This document shows, in pieces, positions 1 to 9,891 of a stretch of 64,000 bases of DNA; positions within the stretch are counted from its first letter, which is position 1; each line of letters opens with the position of its first letter. The notes beneath the pieces are model-generated. The model had not been told where the DNA came from, searched no databases, and was given only the letters and a program-made list of their open reading frames with translations. The position numbers and the translations under genes are program-made. Origin of the DNA: Candidatus Gastranaerophilaceae bacterium (GTDB lineage Bacteria > Cyanobacteriota > Vampirovibrionia > Gastranaerophilales > Gastranaerophilaceae); NCBI GenBank assembly GCA_045651505.1, contig JAZRSL010000038.1, positions 1,072 to 65,071 of the forward strand, in the 5' to 3' direction.

Positions 1-273
1 ACATTATTACCGTTACTTCAACCGGACGGCACAAAGAGCGGTCGTGTTATGGCTCAAGAATGCATGTTAGTAATTCCTGCAATTGCGAACTTAATTAGAG
101 AAGCTAAAGCTGCACAAATATATTCAACTATGCAAACAAACTCAGGTTTCGGCATGCAAACATTAGAAATGGCATTAAGAGATTTATATATGAAAAAGAA
201 AATTACTCTTGAAGATGCACTTTCTCGCTCAAGTCGACCAGAAGAATTTAAAAGAGGCTTGCAAAATTCATAA
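1..273 (+). CDS. pilT: PilT-family type IV pilus retraction ATPase, C-terminal fragment (5' end outside window)
   Basis: Frame +1 is open from base 1 to TAA 271-273. The residues ...CMLVIPAIANLIREAKAAQIYSTMQTNSGFGMQTLEMALRDLYMKKKITLEDAL... match the conserved C-terminal region of PilT/PilU ATPases. An intrinsic terminator follows. Confidence 0.6.
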   Translation, partial: TLLPLLQPDGTKSGRVMAQECMLVIPAIANLIREAKAAQIYSTMQTNSGFGMQTLEMALRDLYMKKKITLEDALSRSSRPEEFKRGLQNS

Positions 274-299
274 AAAAGAGCCAAACGGCTCTTTTTTTA
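274..299 (+). terminator. Rho-independent terminator after pilT
   Basis: AGAGCC-aaac-GGCTCT hairpin followed by a T7 run and preceded by an A-run. Confidence 0.7.
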
Positions 300-322
300 T
301 GTTTTCTTAAAATAAAAAGATA

Positions 323-351
323 TTGCAAAAAACAAGTGTTTATTATACAAT
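323..351 (+). promoter_or_regulatory. Sigma-70-type promoter for pckA
   Basis: TTGCAA (323-328), 17-nt spacer, TACAAT (346-351), about 45 nt upstream of the pckA start. Confidence 0.5.
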
Positions 352-396
352 TAACCTTGTATAGGAAACTTTTCAAATAAAGGAGGAAAGCTATAA

Positions 397-1995
397 ATGG
401 AAACTTACGGAATTGAAAAATTTGGTATTATTGGACCAAAAGCTGTTTACCGTAACCTATCAGTTGCTCAATTAACAGAAGCAGCTCTACGTTTAGGTGA
501 AGGTACTTTAAGCAACACTGGTGCTTTAGTTGTAACAACAGGTAAATATACTGGACGTTCACCTAAAGACAAATTCATCGTTGATACTGAAACTATCCAC
601 AACGACATCGCTTGGGGCAAAGTAAACAGACCTATCAGCAAAGAAAAATTCAATGCTATTAAAGAAAAAATCGCTGCATACTTACAAAACAGAGAAATCT
701 TTATTTTTGATGGTTTTGCAGGTGCAGATAAAAAATATCAACAAAAATTTAGAGTTATTAATGAATTAGCAAGTCAAAACTTGTTTATTCACCAATTATT
801 AATCAGACCAACAGCAGAAGAATTAGCTAGCTACGGTGAGGCTGATTACACAATTCTTTGTGCTCCTGGTTTCAAATGTGATCCAGAAATCGATGGTACA
901 AACTCTGAAGCTTGTATCGCTATCGACTACGAAGCTAAAACAATCATTATTTGTGGTTCTCAATACGCTGGCGAAATCAAAAAATCTGTATTCGCTACTA
1001 TGAACTACATTATGACAAAAATGAACGTTTTACCTATGCACTGTTCAGCTAATATGGATCCAGCAACTGGTGAAACAGCAGTATTCTTTGGTCTTTCAGG
1101 AACTGGTAAAACAACTTTATCAGCTGATCCAAACAGAAAACTTATCGGTGACGACGAACACGGTTGGTCTCCAGACGGTATCTTCAACTTTGAAGGTGGA
1201 TGCTATGCTAAATGTATTAACCTATCTGCTGAAAACGAACCAGATATTTACAACGCTATTAAATTCGGTTCATTAATCGAAAACGTTGTTATGGATCCAG
1301 AAACTCGTGAATTCGATTTCAACGACGATTCATTAACAGAAAACACTCGCGTAGGTTACCCAATTGAATACATTAACAATGCACAAGTTCCATCTATGGG
1401 TGGCATTCCAAAAGTTGTTGTATTCTTAACAGCTGACGCATTTGGTGTATTACCTCCAATCTCAAGATTAGACAAAAACGCTGCTATGTATCACTTCGTA
1501 ACTGGCTTTACTTCTAAATTAGCTGGTACTGAAAGAGGTATTACAGAGCCACAACCTACATTCTCAACATTATTCGGCGAACCATTCATGCCAATGGATG
1601 CTTCTGTTTACGCAAAAATGTTAGGTGACAAACTTGATCAATATGGTACTCAAGTTTACTTAGTTAATACTGGTTGGGCTGGCGGAAGCGCTTCTATGGG
1701 TGCTAAACGTATGAAATTATCTTACACAAGGGCTATGGTTACAGCAGCATTGAACGGTTCATTTGATTCTGTAGAATTCAAACACCACGATGTATTCAAT
1801 GTTGACTACCCAACAAGCTGTCCAAATGTTCCAAGTGAAATGCTTGATGCTAGAGGAATGTGGGAAGATAAAGCTGCATACGATGCTCAAGCTAACAAGC
1901 TTGCTCAAATGTTTGCTGATAACTTCTCTGAAAAATATCCAAACATGCCTGCTGAAATTGTTAACGCTGGCCCTAGAGCTGTCGCTAACGTATAA
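397..1995 (+). CDS. pckA: Phosphoenolpyruvate carboxykinase (ATP)
   Basis: 532-aa ORF with an AAAGGAGGAAAG RBS. ATP-PEPCK hallmarks are present: GRSPKDKF, P-loop GLSGTGKTTLS, IGDDEHGW, and full-length colinear similarity to bacterial PckA. Confidence 0.95.
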   Translation: METYGIEKFGIIGPKAVYRNLSVAQLTEAALRLGEGTLSNTGALVVTTGKYTGRSPKDKFIVDTETIHNDIAWGKVNRPISKEKFNAIKEKIAAYLQNREIFIFDGFAGADKKYQQKFRVINELASQNLFIHQLLIRPTAEELASYGEADYTILCAPGFKCDPEIDGTNSEACIAIDYEAKTIIICGSQYAGEIKKSVFATMNYIMTKMNVLPMHCSANMDPATGETAVFFGLSGTGKTTLSADPNRKLIGDDEHGWSPDGIFNFEGGCYAKCINLSAENEPDIYNAIKFGSLIENVVMDPETREFDFNDDSLTENTRVGYPIEYINNAQVPSMGGIPKVVVFLTADAFGVLPPISRLDKNAAMYHFVTGFTSKLAGTERGITEPQPTFSTLFGEPFMPMDASVYAKMLGDKLDQYGTQVYLVNTGWAGGSASMGAKRMKLSYTRAMVTAALNGSFDSVEFKHHDVFNVDYPTSCPNVPSEMLDARGMWEDKAAYDAQANKLAQMFADNFSEKYPNMPAEIVNAGPRAVANV

Positions 1996-2010
1996 GCATA
2001 TATGAATTTG

Positions 2011-2047
2011 AAAGAGCCTTTGCAAATATCAGCAAAGGCTCTTTTTT
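2011..2047. terminator. Bidirectional intrinsic terminator between convergent pckA and the 1139-aa gene
   Basis: AAAGAGCCTTTGC-aaatatca-GCAAAGGCTCTTT 13-bp stem flanked by A and T runs. Confidence 0.8.
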
Positions 2048-5000
2048 AATCATTTTCGTTTTTTACTTCTATTCTATGAGAAACATTATCCTCTTCATTC
2101 TCATTCTCAATAACAGATAGAGTTTCAACCTTACCCTCAGGGTTAGTGTATGTAATATTATGAACCGTTTCACCATCACCATTTACAAATCTTACTTTTG
2201 CATCAAAAGTTGTAGGTACAAGTTTTGCACCCCCATTGACAAGCTTTGACTTAGCCAGCCAATTCATAAAAGCAACACCACCACCTGCTGCAACTAAATT
2301 TTCTACATTACCTGCCTGTTGTGAAACAACAGCTTCAAGTTCACTATCTGTCATTCTCTGCAACTTAGACGCAGCTTCAACACCTTGAGTTACATTATCA
2401 AAGTTTTTGCTAGCATCACTTAAAGTAGAAGTAACTTCAGCCACTTGATTCGTTGCCTTTACACTTCTATATGCTTGAACAGCAGTTTTTGTTCCAAAGA
2501 AAGCTGCTACACCTGCAAAAGTACTAGTACTAAGCATTTCTAAAGGAATAATTTCTCCATTATTAAAAACAAAAAATTGGCCAGTGGACTGTAACGCGCT
2601 CTCTGTAATATAAAGGCCTGCTCTTGTGAAAAAGTTTCCACAATATGTATTACCCAATGCGACCTCATTAAAGCTCATTCCTGATACAACATGTCTAGGG
2701 AAAAGATTCATCATTATCCCACTTCCTAACATATTACATGTAGAAACTGTTGCTCCAAAAAACATCCCACCTGCTGCACTTTCTACAGAATCTTCTAGTG
2801 ACATATTTCCATTACTTAAAATACCATCTGCGGCTAATGAAGCAGTACCTGCCGCTAAAGAAACCCAAGCAACATTACCTAATAATGCTAAACTTGTACC
2901 TCCAGAGAATGGTGCACCAATAATTGCAATAGCAGTAGTAACCCCCATTACTAGGGCTTTAAATGCTGTATTATAAGAGTCATAATTACCAGCAACAGCT
3001 TCTAATTCTCTTATTGAATCCAATTTAAATTCACCTTTAAGTAAATGAATTATATTTTCATATGAAAGCTTAGAACCTACTAAACTTCTAAAATTAGATG
3101 CAGGATTCGAATCAATACCATTCACTTGTCCTTGTTCTCGGCTTAATGCTTGTGTAACATCTTTTTTATTATCAGTATTACCACCACAAGCCTCTATTCT
3201 TTCAGCAAACCAATTAAATACATTTTGAACAACATTTTCATCAGCTTCTAAATCATCCAAAGCTTCTCTTACTTTATCTAAGAGGAGATTAAATACATAT
3301 TGTAAGTAATCACCTACAACTTGAGGCAAGTCTGTCCTTTCTTTTTTATAATTAGCCTCATAGGCTGCTTTATCGAAAGTGCCGTCTTCATTGAATCTTA
3401 TTGAAGCAGTAAAAAGAGTCATTTCTTCAACTAAGCTTTCAACTTCACTACAAGTAGGATTTGAACTTAATTCGCTTTTCAACAATCCAAAAGGTATTTT
3501 TCTTAAGCTTTCATCTGGTGTCATTAAAAGCTTTCTATATAGTTTTTGCCCTTCTTCAGAGTCAAGCTCTAAGCCTACTATATCAGTAACAATTTCTTCA
3601 ATTCCATATTTAACATTTCCAAGCTCATTTATCTGAGAGTCAGATAAAACAGTTTTCAAGAAAAATTCATCAGAACCTGTACTTAATTGAACTGTTCTTC
3701 CAGAATCAAAAAGATTTATATTAAATTCATTTAATATAAGATGTTTTATTTCTGCATCAGTTTTTCCATTTTCTCTATATTTCGCAATAGCATTTATAGC
3801 TATTTCTTGTTGTTCTAGAGTTAAATTAGCTACTCTTGTATAAAATAAATTGTTTTCAGGTACAGCCTCAAAAGACAATTCTTCTAATCTTTCTCTAGTA
3901 TCATTACTTACTCTCATAGCTGTCGGATACTTTATAATTTGTCCGCTTTGTAGCTTTTCCTCAGTAAAATTGTCATTTAATACTATTAATTCAAACATTA
4001 ATTGATTAATTTCATTATTACTTGGATTAGAATTTTGATATTCAGCTATTAGAATATCTTTAGCTAAATCCCACAGTCTACTATAATTTTTTGTTAATGA
4101 AAAATCTAAAATTTCACTCGTTATTGCTGTTTTATATGATTGCTCTGCATAAAATTTCGTATATTGTTCTCTAGCTTCTTCTGAAGAAACCCTTGTTGTT
4201 ATTTGCTCACTGTCAGGAGAAAATTCGCCCACAACAAGCGCACTACTTCCGACATCCCTTGAATGATTAGGGTTTAATTTTTGCCACTCTTCTTCGAAAT
4301 TTTGCCAGCTCTGTCCTTCTTGCCCAAAACTCTTATACAAATCCCAAATTCCTTCACCATTTTGGAAATAAATTTGAGTATTGCCGTTACCGTCATACAT
4401 AACAGAATAAACTTTTTCACCGTCTTCAATCGTATGCGATAGCTTATTTACGCCACCAGAACCTATTTCACAAAATGTTTCTGTATTATAGACAATCTCT
4501 TCCTTATGAGTACCATCATTACTCATATAAGACTCTAAATAATAATAATTGTCTGTTGGCATTCCATCGTCTGTTAAAAATGGCAATTTATTATAAGCTC
4601 TTATACCGTCTTCGTCTTCTAGAACAACAGACCTTATATTTTCATCATTAAATTGTCCATTTTCATCTACTTCATTAACTGATATATAACGCACTGAACC
4701 ATCAGCAGCCGTTATTTGCATAACAACTATATTTTCTCCAGTATCAATCTCTTCACCATTTTGGTCTAATTCTTTTCGAGTATCTTCTCTATAAATTACA
4801 GTAAAAGAATCAATACCATTTATTTTATTCAATGCATAAAGAGGTTTGTTATCTTTATATTGGATCAAATACTCCATTACAAAACCTTCTTGATGCGACA
4901 TAATTCTAGCATAATCCAGATTACCATCTTTGTAATAAGATGTTTTTTCCATTGGAGGATTACTATGAATGATTTCTTCTTTCCTTACTAGAACACCACG

Positions 5001-5465
5001 CTCTTTGATTTCAGTAACTGAAACATAATATCCATCATTATTTGTATACCCTGTAAAACTTGCTTTTGGTAAACTATTACGTAAAATTTCATCTGTTTTA
5101 GTAGTATCCAAATACCCAATCTGAGAAACCTCTACAAATTTTTTAATATCCTCGACAGTAACGCCCATTAATTCTGAATTATTATTTATAAAAGTATTCA
5201 GTTCACTATCAGAAATTATACCGTCTTCGCCTGCACAACTTTTTAAAGTCTCAAAAACTGATTTCCATTCATTTTTTCTTTTATTATTAGTAACAGAAAG
5301 AGTGTTATCTCCATCTTGATCAAAAAATTCAATTAATTTCTGAAAATTTGGATTTTTTTCTAAACTTTCTCTATCCACATGTGAAAAGTTCTCAAGTAGA
5401 AATTTTTTATTTTTATTAAATTCAAAAGAAAAGTTATCTACCATAGTACCCTTTATCTTTAACAA
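2046..5465 (-). CDS. Giant orphan protein (1139 aa) with an EF-hand/dockerin-like Ca-binding pair, a beta-rich DG/Y repeat region, a helical region and a Gly/Ala-rich multi-pass hydrophobic core
   Basis: Long uninterrupted ORF. The N-terminus has FDQDGDNTLS and GEDGIISDSEL loops. The middle has repeated DG..Y beta motifs. Residues ~815-960 (MGVTTAIAIIGAPFSGGTSLALLGNVAWVSLAAGTASLAADG...GGMFFGATVSTCNMLGSGIMMNLF...) look like membrane segments. No signal peptide and no family I can name. Confidence 0.75.
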   Translation of the reverse strand: MLKIKGTMVDNFSFEFNKNKKFLLENFSHVDRESLEKNPNFQKLIEFFDQDGDNTLSVTNNKRKNEWKSVFETLKSCAGEDGIISDSELNTFINNNSELMGVTVEDIKKFVEVSQIGYLDTTKTDEILRNSLPKASFTGYTNNDGYYVSVTEIKERGVLVRKEEIIHSNPPMEKTSYYKDGNLDYARIMSHQEGFVMEYLIQYKDNKPLYALNKINGIDSFTVIYREDTRKELDQNGEEIDTGENIVVMQITAADGSVRYISVNEVDENGQFNDENIRSVVLEDEDGIRAYNKLPFLTDDGMPTDNYYYLESYMSNDGTHKEEIVYNTETFCEIGSGGVNKLSHTIEDGEKVYSVMYDGNGNTQIYFQNGEGIWDLYKSFGQEGQSWQNFEEEWQKLNPNHSRDVGSSALVVGEFSPDSEQITTRVSSEEAREQYTKFYAEQSYKTAITSEILDFSLTKNYSRLWDLAKDILIAEYQNSNPSNNEINQLMFELIVLNDNFTEEKLQSGQIIKYPTAMRVSNDTRERLEELSFEAVPENNLFYTRVANLTLEQQEIAINAIAKYRENGKTDAEIKHLILNEFNINLFDSGRTVQLSTGSDEFFLKTVLSDSQINELGNVKYGIEEIVTDIVGLELDSEEGQKLYRKLLMTPDESLRKIPFGLLKSELSSNPTCSEVESLVEEMTLFTASIRFNEDGTFDKAAYEANYKKERTDLPQVVGDYLQYVFNLLLDKVREALDDLEADENVVQNVFNWFAERIEACGGNTDNKKDVTQALSREQGQVNGIDSNPASNFRSLVGSKLSYENIIHLLKGEFKLDSIRELEAVAGNYDSYNTAFKALVMGVTTAIAIIGAPFSGGTSLALLGNVAWVSLAAGTASLAADGILSNGNMSLEDSVESAAGGMFFGATVSTCNMLGSGIMMNLFPRHVVSGMSFNEVALGNTYCGNFFTRAGLYITESALQSTGQFFVFNNGEIIPLEMLSTSTFAGVAAFFGTKTAVQAYRSVKATNQVAEVTSTLSDASKNFDNVTQGVEAASKLQRMTDSELEAVVSQQAGNVENLVAAGGGVAFMNWLAKSKLVNGGAKLVPTTFDAKVRFVNGDGETVHNITYTNPEGKVETLSVIENENEEDNVSHRIEVKNEND

Positions 5466-5540
5466 ACTTACGATATATACTACGGCTTTTTTTTTATAAA
5501 CTTTAATATTTATATTAAATTATTTACAAATTTTAATATT

Positions 5541-6269
5541 TTATTTTGTTAAAAAATCCAAAACACCATTAATAAATGTAAGAGGGTGAACAGGACATCC
5601 TGGAATATACAAATCTATAGGATATTTTTCTAAAAACTTACGATTTAGGTTTGTTGATTCTTGAAAAACTCCGCCTGAAATTGCACAAGCGCCAGCAAGA
5701 ATCACAACTTTAGGATCAGGTGTTGATTTATAGCAATCCTCAAGAGCATACGCCATGTTTTCAGAAATGGGGCCAGTAATTACTAAACCATCAGCGTGTC
5801 GTGGTGAAGCAACAAAATCAATACCAAATCTTCCCATATCAAAGTTACAGTTAGAACAAGCATTTAGCTCCATTTCGCAACCGTTACAACCTGCGGCAGA
5901 TACTTGTCTAAGCTTTAAAGACCTGCCAAATATTTTTTTAATCTCCTCTCTAGATTTAATTGCTATTTTTTCAAAATCTTCTGGAGTCATTCCTTCAGTA
6001 ATAACAAGAGTTTCTCTATTTGATGCAGATAACTTATAATAATTACTAAACTGAACAGCATCAGACTTACAAGCACCGCAAAGCGTACATTTGCCCATAT
6101 CAATTGATATTGGATTAGCTTTTAGAGCTCCTGTAGGACAAACTGATTCGTCAATTTTTCCATTTTTTAGTAATGGAAAGCCTCTAAACTGCTCTCTCAT
6201 AGGAGCATTTTGTATATCTGGTATGTATTGTTTTCCTTGAAAATATTTTAGTTTAAGTGTATCTAACAT
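5541..6269 (-). CDS. hyfI: NuoB/HycG/HyfI-like small subunit of a group-4-hydrogenase-related membrane complex, with an N-terminal single-[4Fe-4S] ferredoxin-like extension
   Basis: The C-terminal half carries the NuoB-family cluster ligands (AAGCNGCEME, AGACAISGG, IPGCPVHP). The N-terminus has VCPTGAL plus CTLCGAC, which is enough Cys for one extra cluster. Confidence 0.85.
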   Translation of the reverse strand: MLDTLKLKYFQGKQYIPDIQNAPMREQFRGFPLLKNGKIDESVCPTGALKANPISIDMGKCTLCGACKSDAVQFSNYYKLSASNRETLVITEGMTPEDFEKIAIKSREEIKKIFGRSLKLRQVSAAGCNGCEMELNACSNCNFDMGRFGIDFVASPRHADGLVITGPISENMAYALEDCYKSTPDPKVVILAGACAISGGVFQESTNLNRKFLEKYPIDLYIPGCPVHPLTFINGVLDFLTK

Positions 6270-6280
6270 CTTTATTTCCT

Positions 6281-7741
6281 TTATAAATCATTTCCGCAAT
6301 AAGATAAATTAAAGCTTTTATTACAAAGCGGAAAATCCGAGATTCCATTATTTCTTACTGCCATTGCAAGCATATACCAATTATTAAAAGAAGGATCTTT
6401 TATTTTATAACGTAAAAGTTCGCTATTAGAGCCTGTTACTGCAAAGTGAACAACTTCTCCTCTCCAGCCCTCAACTATAGATATTACAAAAGAATTTGGC
6501 TGTAAGTTATAATTTACATTAGTCTTTATTTCACTTTTTTCATCAATAAGTTGTTTCAAAAGTGCTTTTACAATCTTCATTGATTGCTTTATTTCTTTAT
6601 ATCTTAATTTAAATCGCGAATGCACATCACCATGAGCCTTGAATGGTTTAACAACATCAAGAGCTGTATAATACTTATCATTCATATCAAATCTTGAATC
6701 TAAATCAACCCCAGAAGCTCTCGCAGCCATGCCAACTGCACCTAACGCCTTTGCTGTTTCTGTGCTAACAGTTCCCGTTCTTTCAAGTCTTGATATAACT
6801 GTAGGTGACTTAAGCATCACTTTTGTTGTTCTATCAACAGTTTCAGCTACATCCTTTAATACATTAGTAATTTTTTCTGATAATTTTCTATCAATATCAA
6901 AATTAACACCGCCAATTTCAATTAAACCTCTGCCAAAACGGCTTCCTGAAATTTCAAGCATTGTATTAATTACCAAAGTTCTTGTAACTCCAAAAATTGA
7001 AGCACCCATTTGATAAGCTATATCTCCTGCAATTGCCCCCATATCACCAATATGTATAGCAATTCGTTCCATTTCTAATGCTATTCTTCTAATGAGTTCT
7101 GCTCTTTCTGTAATTTTTACATCTGCTAAAGTTTCCATAACTTGTGAGTATGCCATATTATAAGCTATTACAGAATCACCACAAACTGATTCCGCAAGAC
7201 GATTATTAAATTTATTTCCTTTTAAGAAGATATCCTCAACACCACGGTTTTGGTATCCAAGCATAATTTCAAGATCATAAACTTTTTCTCCGTGACACAT
7301 AAATCTAAAGTGTCCTGGCTCAATTACCCCAGCATGAATTGGTCCAACTGCCACTTGGTGAACTTCATCCCCACGCATTTCAAAAAATGGGTACTTATCC
7401 TGATTTTTTCGAAGTGGTTTTAACCAAGGGTGGTTTAATGGTTCGATTCCAAACTCTTCATAGAATTCTCTCTCGAAAACATGAAACTGAGGGTAAATTT
7501 GAGTAAAAGATTCATAGCTTTTAGCTTCCTTGTCAAAAAGAGTTGATGTTACATATAGCTTTCCAACTTTATCATCAGCTAAAACCACAAAAAGTCTTAC
7601 ATTCTCAAACTCTTGTTTACCAAAGAAACCCAAAAGACGCATATTAAATTTACTAAAATCCTCTTTAATTTCTTCTATCGATATTGTAGGAATATTGAAA
7701 GTATTTATTCTTTTATTATTTTCAGTAATTACCCAATTCAT
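6281..7741 (-). CDS. hyfG: NuoC/NuoD-like (HycE/HyfG-like) large subunit; canonical NiFe CxxC ligands appear degenerate
   Basis: Contains GPIHAGVIEPGHFRF, which is typical of HycE/HyfG-type large subunits. The L1 position reads SVCGDSVIAYN where RxCGxCxxxH is expected. The C-terminus reads DFPLCNKSFNLSYCGNDL where DPCxxCxxR is expected. Confidence 0.85.
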   Translation of the reverse strand: MNWVITENNKRINTFNIPTISIEEIKEDFSKFNMRLLGFFGKQEFENVRLFVVLADDKVGKLYVTSTLFDKEAKSYESFTQIYPQFHVFEREFYEEFGIEPLNHPWLKPLRKNQDKYPFFEMRGDEVHQVAVGPIHAGVIEPGHFRFMCHGEKVYDLEIMLGYQNRGVEDIFLKGNKFNNRLAESVCGDSVIAYNMAYSQVMETLADVKITERAELIRRIALEMERIAIHIGDMGAIAGDIAYQMGASIFGVTRTLVINTMLEISGSRFGRGLIEIGGVNFDIDRKLSEKITNVLKDVAETVDRTTKVMLKSPTVISRLERTGTVSTETAKALGAVGMAARASGVDLDSRFDMNDKYYTALDVVKPFKAHGDVHSRFKLRYKEIKQSMKIVKALLKQLIDEKSEIKTNVNYNLQPNSFVISIVEGWRGEVVHFAVTGSNSELLRYKIKDPSFNNWYMLAMAVRNNGISDFPLCNKSFNLSYCGNDL

Positions 7742-7752
7742 TTTCTACCTCT

Positions 7753-9186
7753 TTAAGCAACAGTCATTGCTATTAAATTACTAATGTATATTGGCATATA
7801 AAGACCTAGCGCAAAAGCTAAAGTTAATAAAATTATTTGTGGAAAATACATTGTCCAATCTAGCTTTTTAACTGCTTCTTTAGTTTCTTCAAGCTTTTCT
7901 AAATTTACTGGCGTATAGCACATTTTAATAACAGCTTTTGCTAAGCCATATAAAATAATAGTTAGCAATAGTAAGAAAACTGCGCATATTCCAAATTTGG
8001 ATTGGGCAAACATCTCTTTTACCATCATAAACTCACTAATAAATAATAATGATGGAGGAAAAGCAACTATACCAATTAAAGATACAAACCATAACCAGCT
8101 TGTTTTTTTATCAATTTCATTCAAGCCAGTAACTGATTTTATTTTTTTTGTACCATAAATTTCTAAAACATTTCCTGCAGTTAAGAAAAAAGAAGCTTTA
8201 ATTAAAGAATGTCCTACTAAATGAATTATCGATGCAAAAGCTGCAACCCCACCTAGAGCAATTCCTATAATTAAAATCCCCATATTTTCGATAGAAGAAT
8301 AAGCTAGCATTCTCTTATAATTATTAATATGATACACAAAAACTGCTGTTATAAATAAAGAAATAAATCCCATTGCAAGCATCATTAATCTAGCAAAGCT
8401 ATCGCAATTTGCAAGAATCATCACTCCAAATACATTTAGAATCATTAAAAACGCTGAATTAAGAAGTGTTGCTGACAATAGCGCACTAATCGGCGAAGGT
8501 GCTTGTGCGTGAGCATCAGGTAGCCAGAAATGCACAGGAGCTAAACCCATTTTTGTACCAATACCAAACAATATAAAAACAAAAGATAACTTAAGCCAAA
8601 ATGGATTAAACATAGTTGCATTTTTGTATAAATCTTCATAATATAACGAATTCAAGTTCCCAGTAGCAAAAGCTAGTAAAATAATTCCCACAAAAGCTAA
8701 AGCGATACCAATTGAGCAAATAAATACATACTTCCAAGCTGCTTCAATTGAGTGTTTAGTTTTATGGTAATAAATCAAGTAAGCACTCGCTAATGTTGTA
8801 CCCTCAATAAATACCCAACTTACACCGAGATTTGTACTCAATACTGCTCCTGACATTGCAAGAACAAAAAGAAGTACCATATAAGTATAATGTCTAACTT
8901 TTGACTTGTCTTCACGGTCGTTTTTAATATAACCGTTGTTATAAATCGCTACAGCCATAAAAACTACAGACATTATAGCTAAGAAAACAACATTTCTACT
9001 ATTTATTGCAAAAAATGAACAAGTTTTCCAAGCAGGTATTAAATCGATTTCTGCACAAGCAAATACCGAACAAATTAAATGAATTAATGCATACAAATTA
9101 ATCATTAAATTATTTAATCTATCTTTTTTTGTGAAATATAGTATTAAACACGCTAATAGCGGAAATAATAAAATCAAATTAATCAT
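7753..9186 (-). CDS. hyfF: NuoN/NuoM-type antiporter-like membrane subunit (HyfF-like)
   Basis: 477-aa polytopic protein with Mrp/NuoM-family motifs (GLAPVHFWLPDAHAQAPSPISALLSA, MLAYSSIENMG). Overlaps the upstream gene by 8 nt, which suggests translational coupling. Confidence 0.85.
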   Translation of the reverse strand: MINLILLFPLLACLILYFTKKDRLNNLMINLYALIHLICSVFACAEIDLIPAWKTCSFFAINSRNVVFLAIMSVVFMAVAIYNNGYIKNDREDKSKVRHYTYMVLLFVLAMSGAVLSTNLGVSWVFIEGTTLASAYLIYYHKTKHSIEAAWKYVFICSIGIALAFVGIILLAFATGNLNSLYYEDLYKNATMFNPFWLKLSFVFILFGIGTKMGLAPVHFWLPDAHAQAPSPISALLSATLLNSAFLMILNVFGVMILANCDSFARLMMLAMGFISLFITAVFVYHINNYKRMLAYSSIENMGILIIGIALGGVAAFASIIHLVGHSLIKASFFLTAGNVLEIYGTKKIKSVTGLNEIDKKTSWLWFVSLIGIVAFPPSLLFISEFMMVKEMFAQSKFGICAVFLLLLTIILYGLAKAVIKMCYTPVNLEKLEETKEAVKKLDWTMYFPQIILLTLAFALGLYMPIYISNLIAMTVA

Positions 9187-9889
9187 TATAATCGTAATCC
9201 TTTAAATCTGATAAGTGTGACACTTCCATATCGTGATGAAACTCACTGTCAATTTCTCGAATAAGTATTCCCAAAATAAATACAGCAATAAATAAGTCTA
9301 AAAGCACGCCTAAATTAACAATAATAGGCATTTCTTTTGCTAATGAAAGAGAAAGCAAAAAGATACCATTTTCCATTGTAATAAACCCTATTACATTAGA
9401 AAGTACTTTATGCTTAATAGTAATCAGCCATAAGCTAATAATAATTATTGCTAGAGAGATTCCAAAATACATTGGGTGAATCATTTTTAACTCAGGTGAT
9501 GCAATATTTGCGGTTAAAAATCCTGCAAAAAGAATTAAGCTTGAAATTACCATACAATAGAAATGCGGTATATTCGCATCTGTATCTCTATGTGCGTGAG
9601 TTTTTTTGATAACTTTATCCAAAAACCAAGGTATTACAAAAGCTTTAATTACAAGGGTTTCAAAAATAACAAATAATAAACTCCAAAAATGTGGTAGATT
9701 TGCAATAAAAGCTTCCTTATTTGTAAACATTGCTAAATCAAACCAAGGCTCTTTTGTAAAACCAGTTAAACAAACCAAGAACAATAGCATACCTTGAGCA
9801 ACTAGCATATGAACGTGAGCTGCTAGTCTACTCGTAGAAGCTATGTATACCATTGATAAACCTAATAAAATTATAAAAATATTTTCCAT
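9179..9889 (-). CDS. hyfE: HyfE-like small membrane subunit (NuoK-related)
   Basis: 236-aa hydrophobic protein in the position of hyfE between the hyfC-like and hyfF-like genes, with about 7 predicted TM helices. Confidence 0.7.
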   Translation of the reverse strand: MENIFIILLGLSMVYIASTSRLAAHVHMLVAQGMLLFLVCLTGFTKEPWFDLAMFTNKEAFIANLPHFWSLLFVIFETLVIKAFVIPWFLDKVIKKTHAHRDTDANIPHFYCMVISSLILFAGFLTANIASPELKMIHPMYFGISLAIIIISLWLITIKHKVLSNVIGFITMENGIFLLSLSLAKEMPIIVNLGVLLDLFIAVFILGILIREIDSEFHHDMEVSHLSDLKDYDYND

Positions 9890-9891
9890 AA

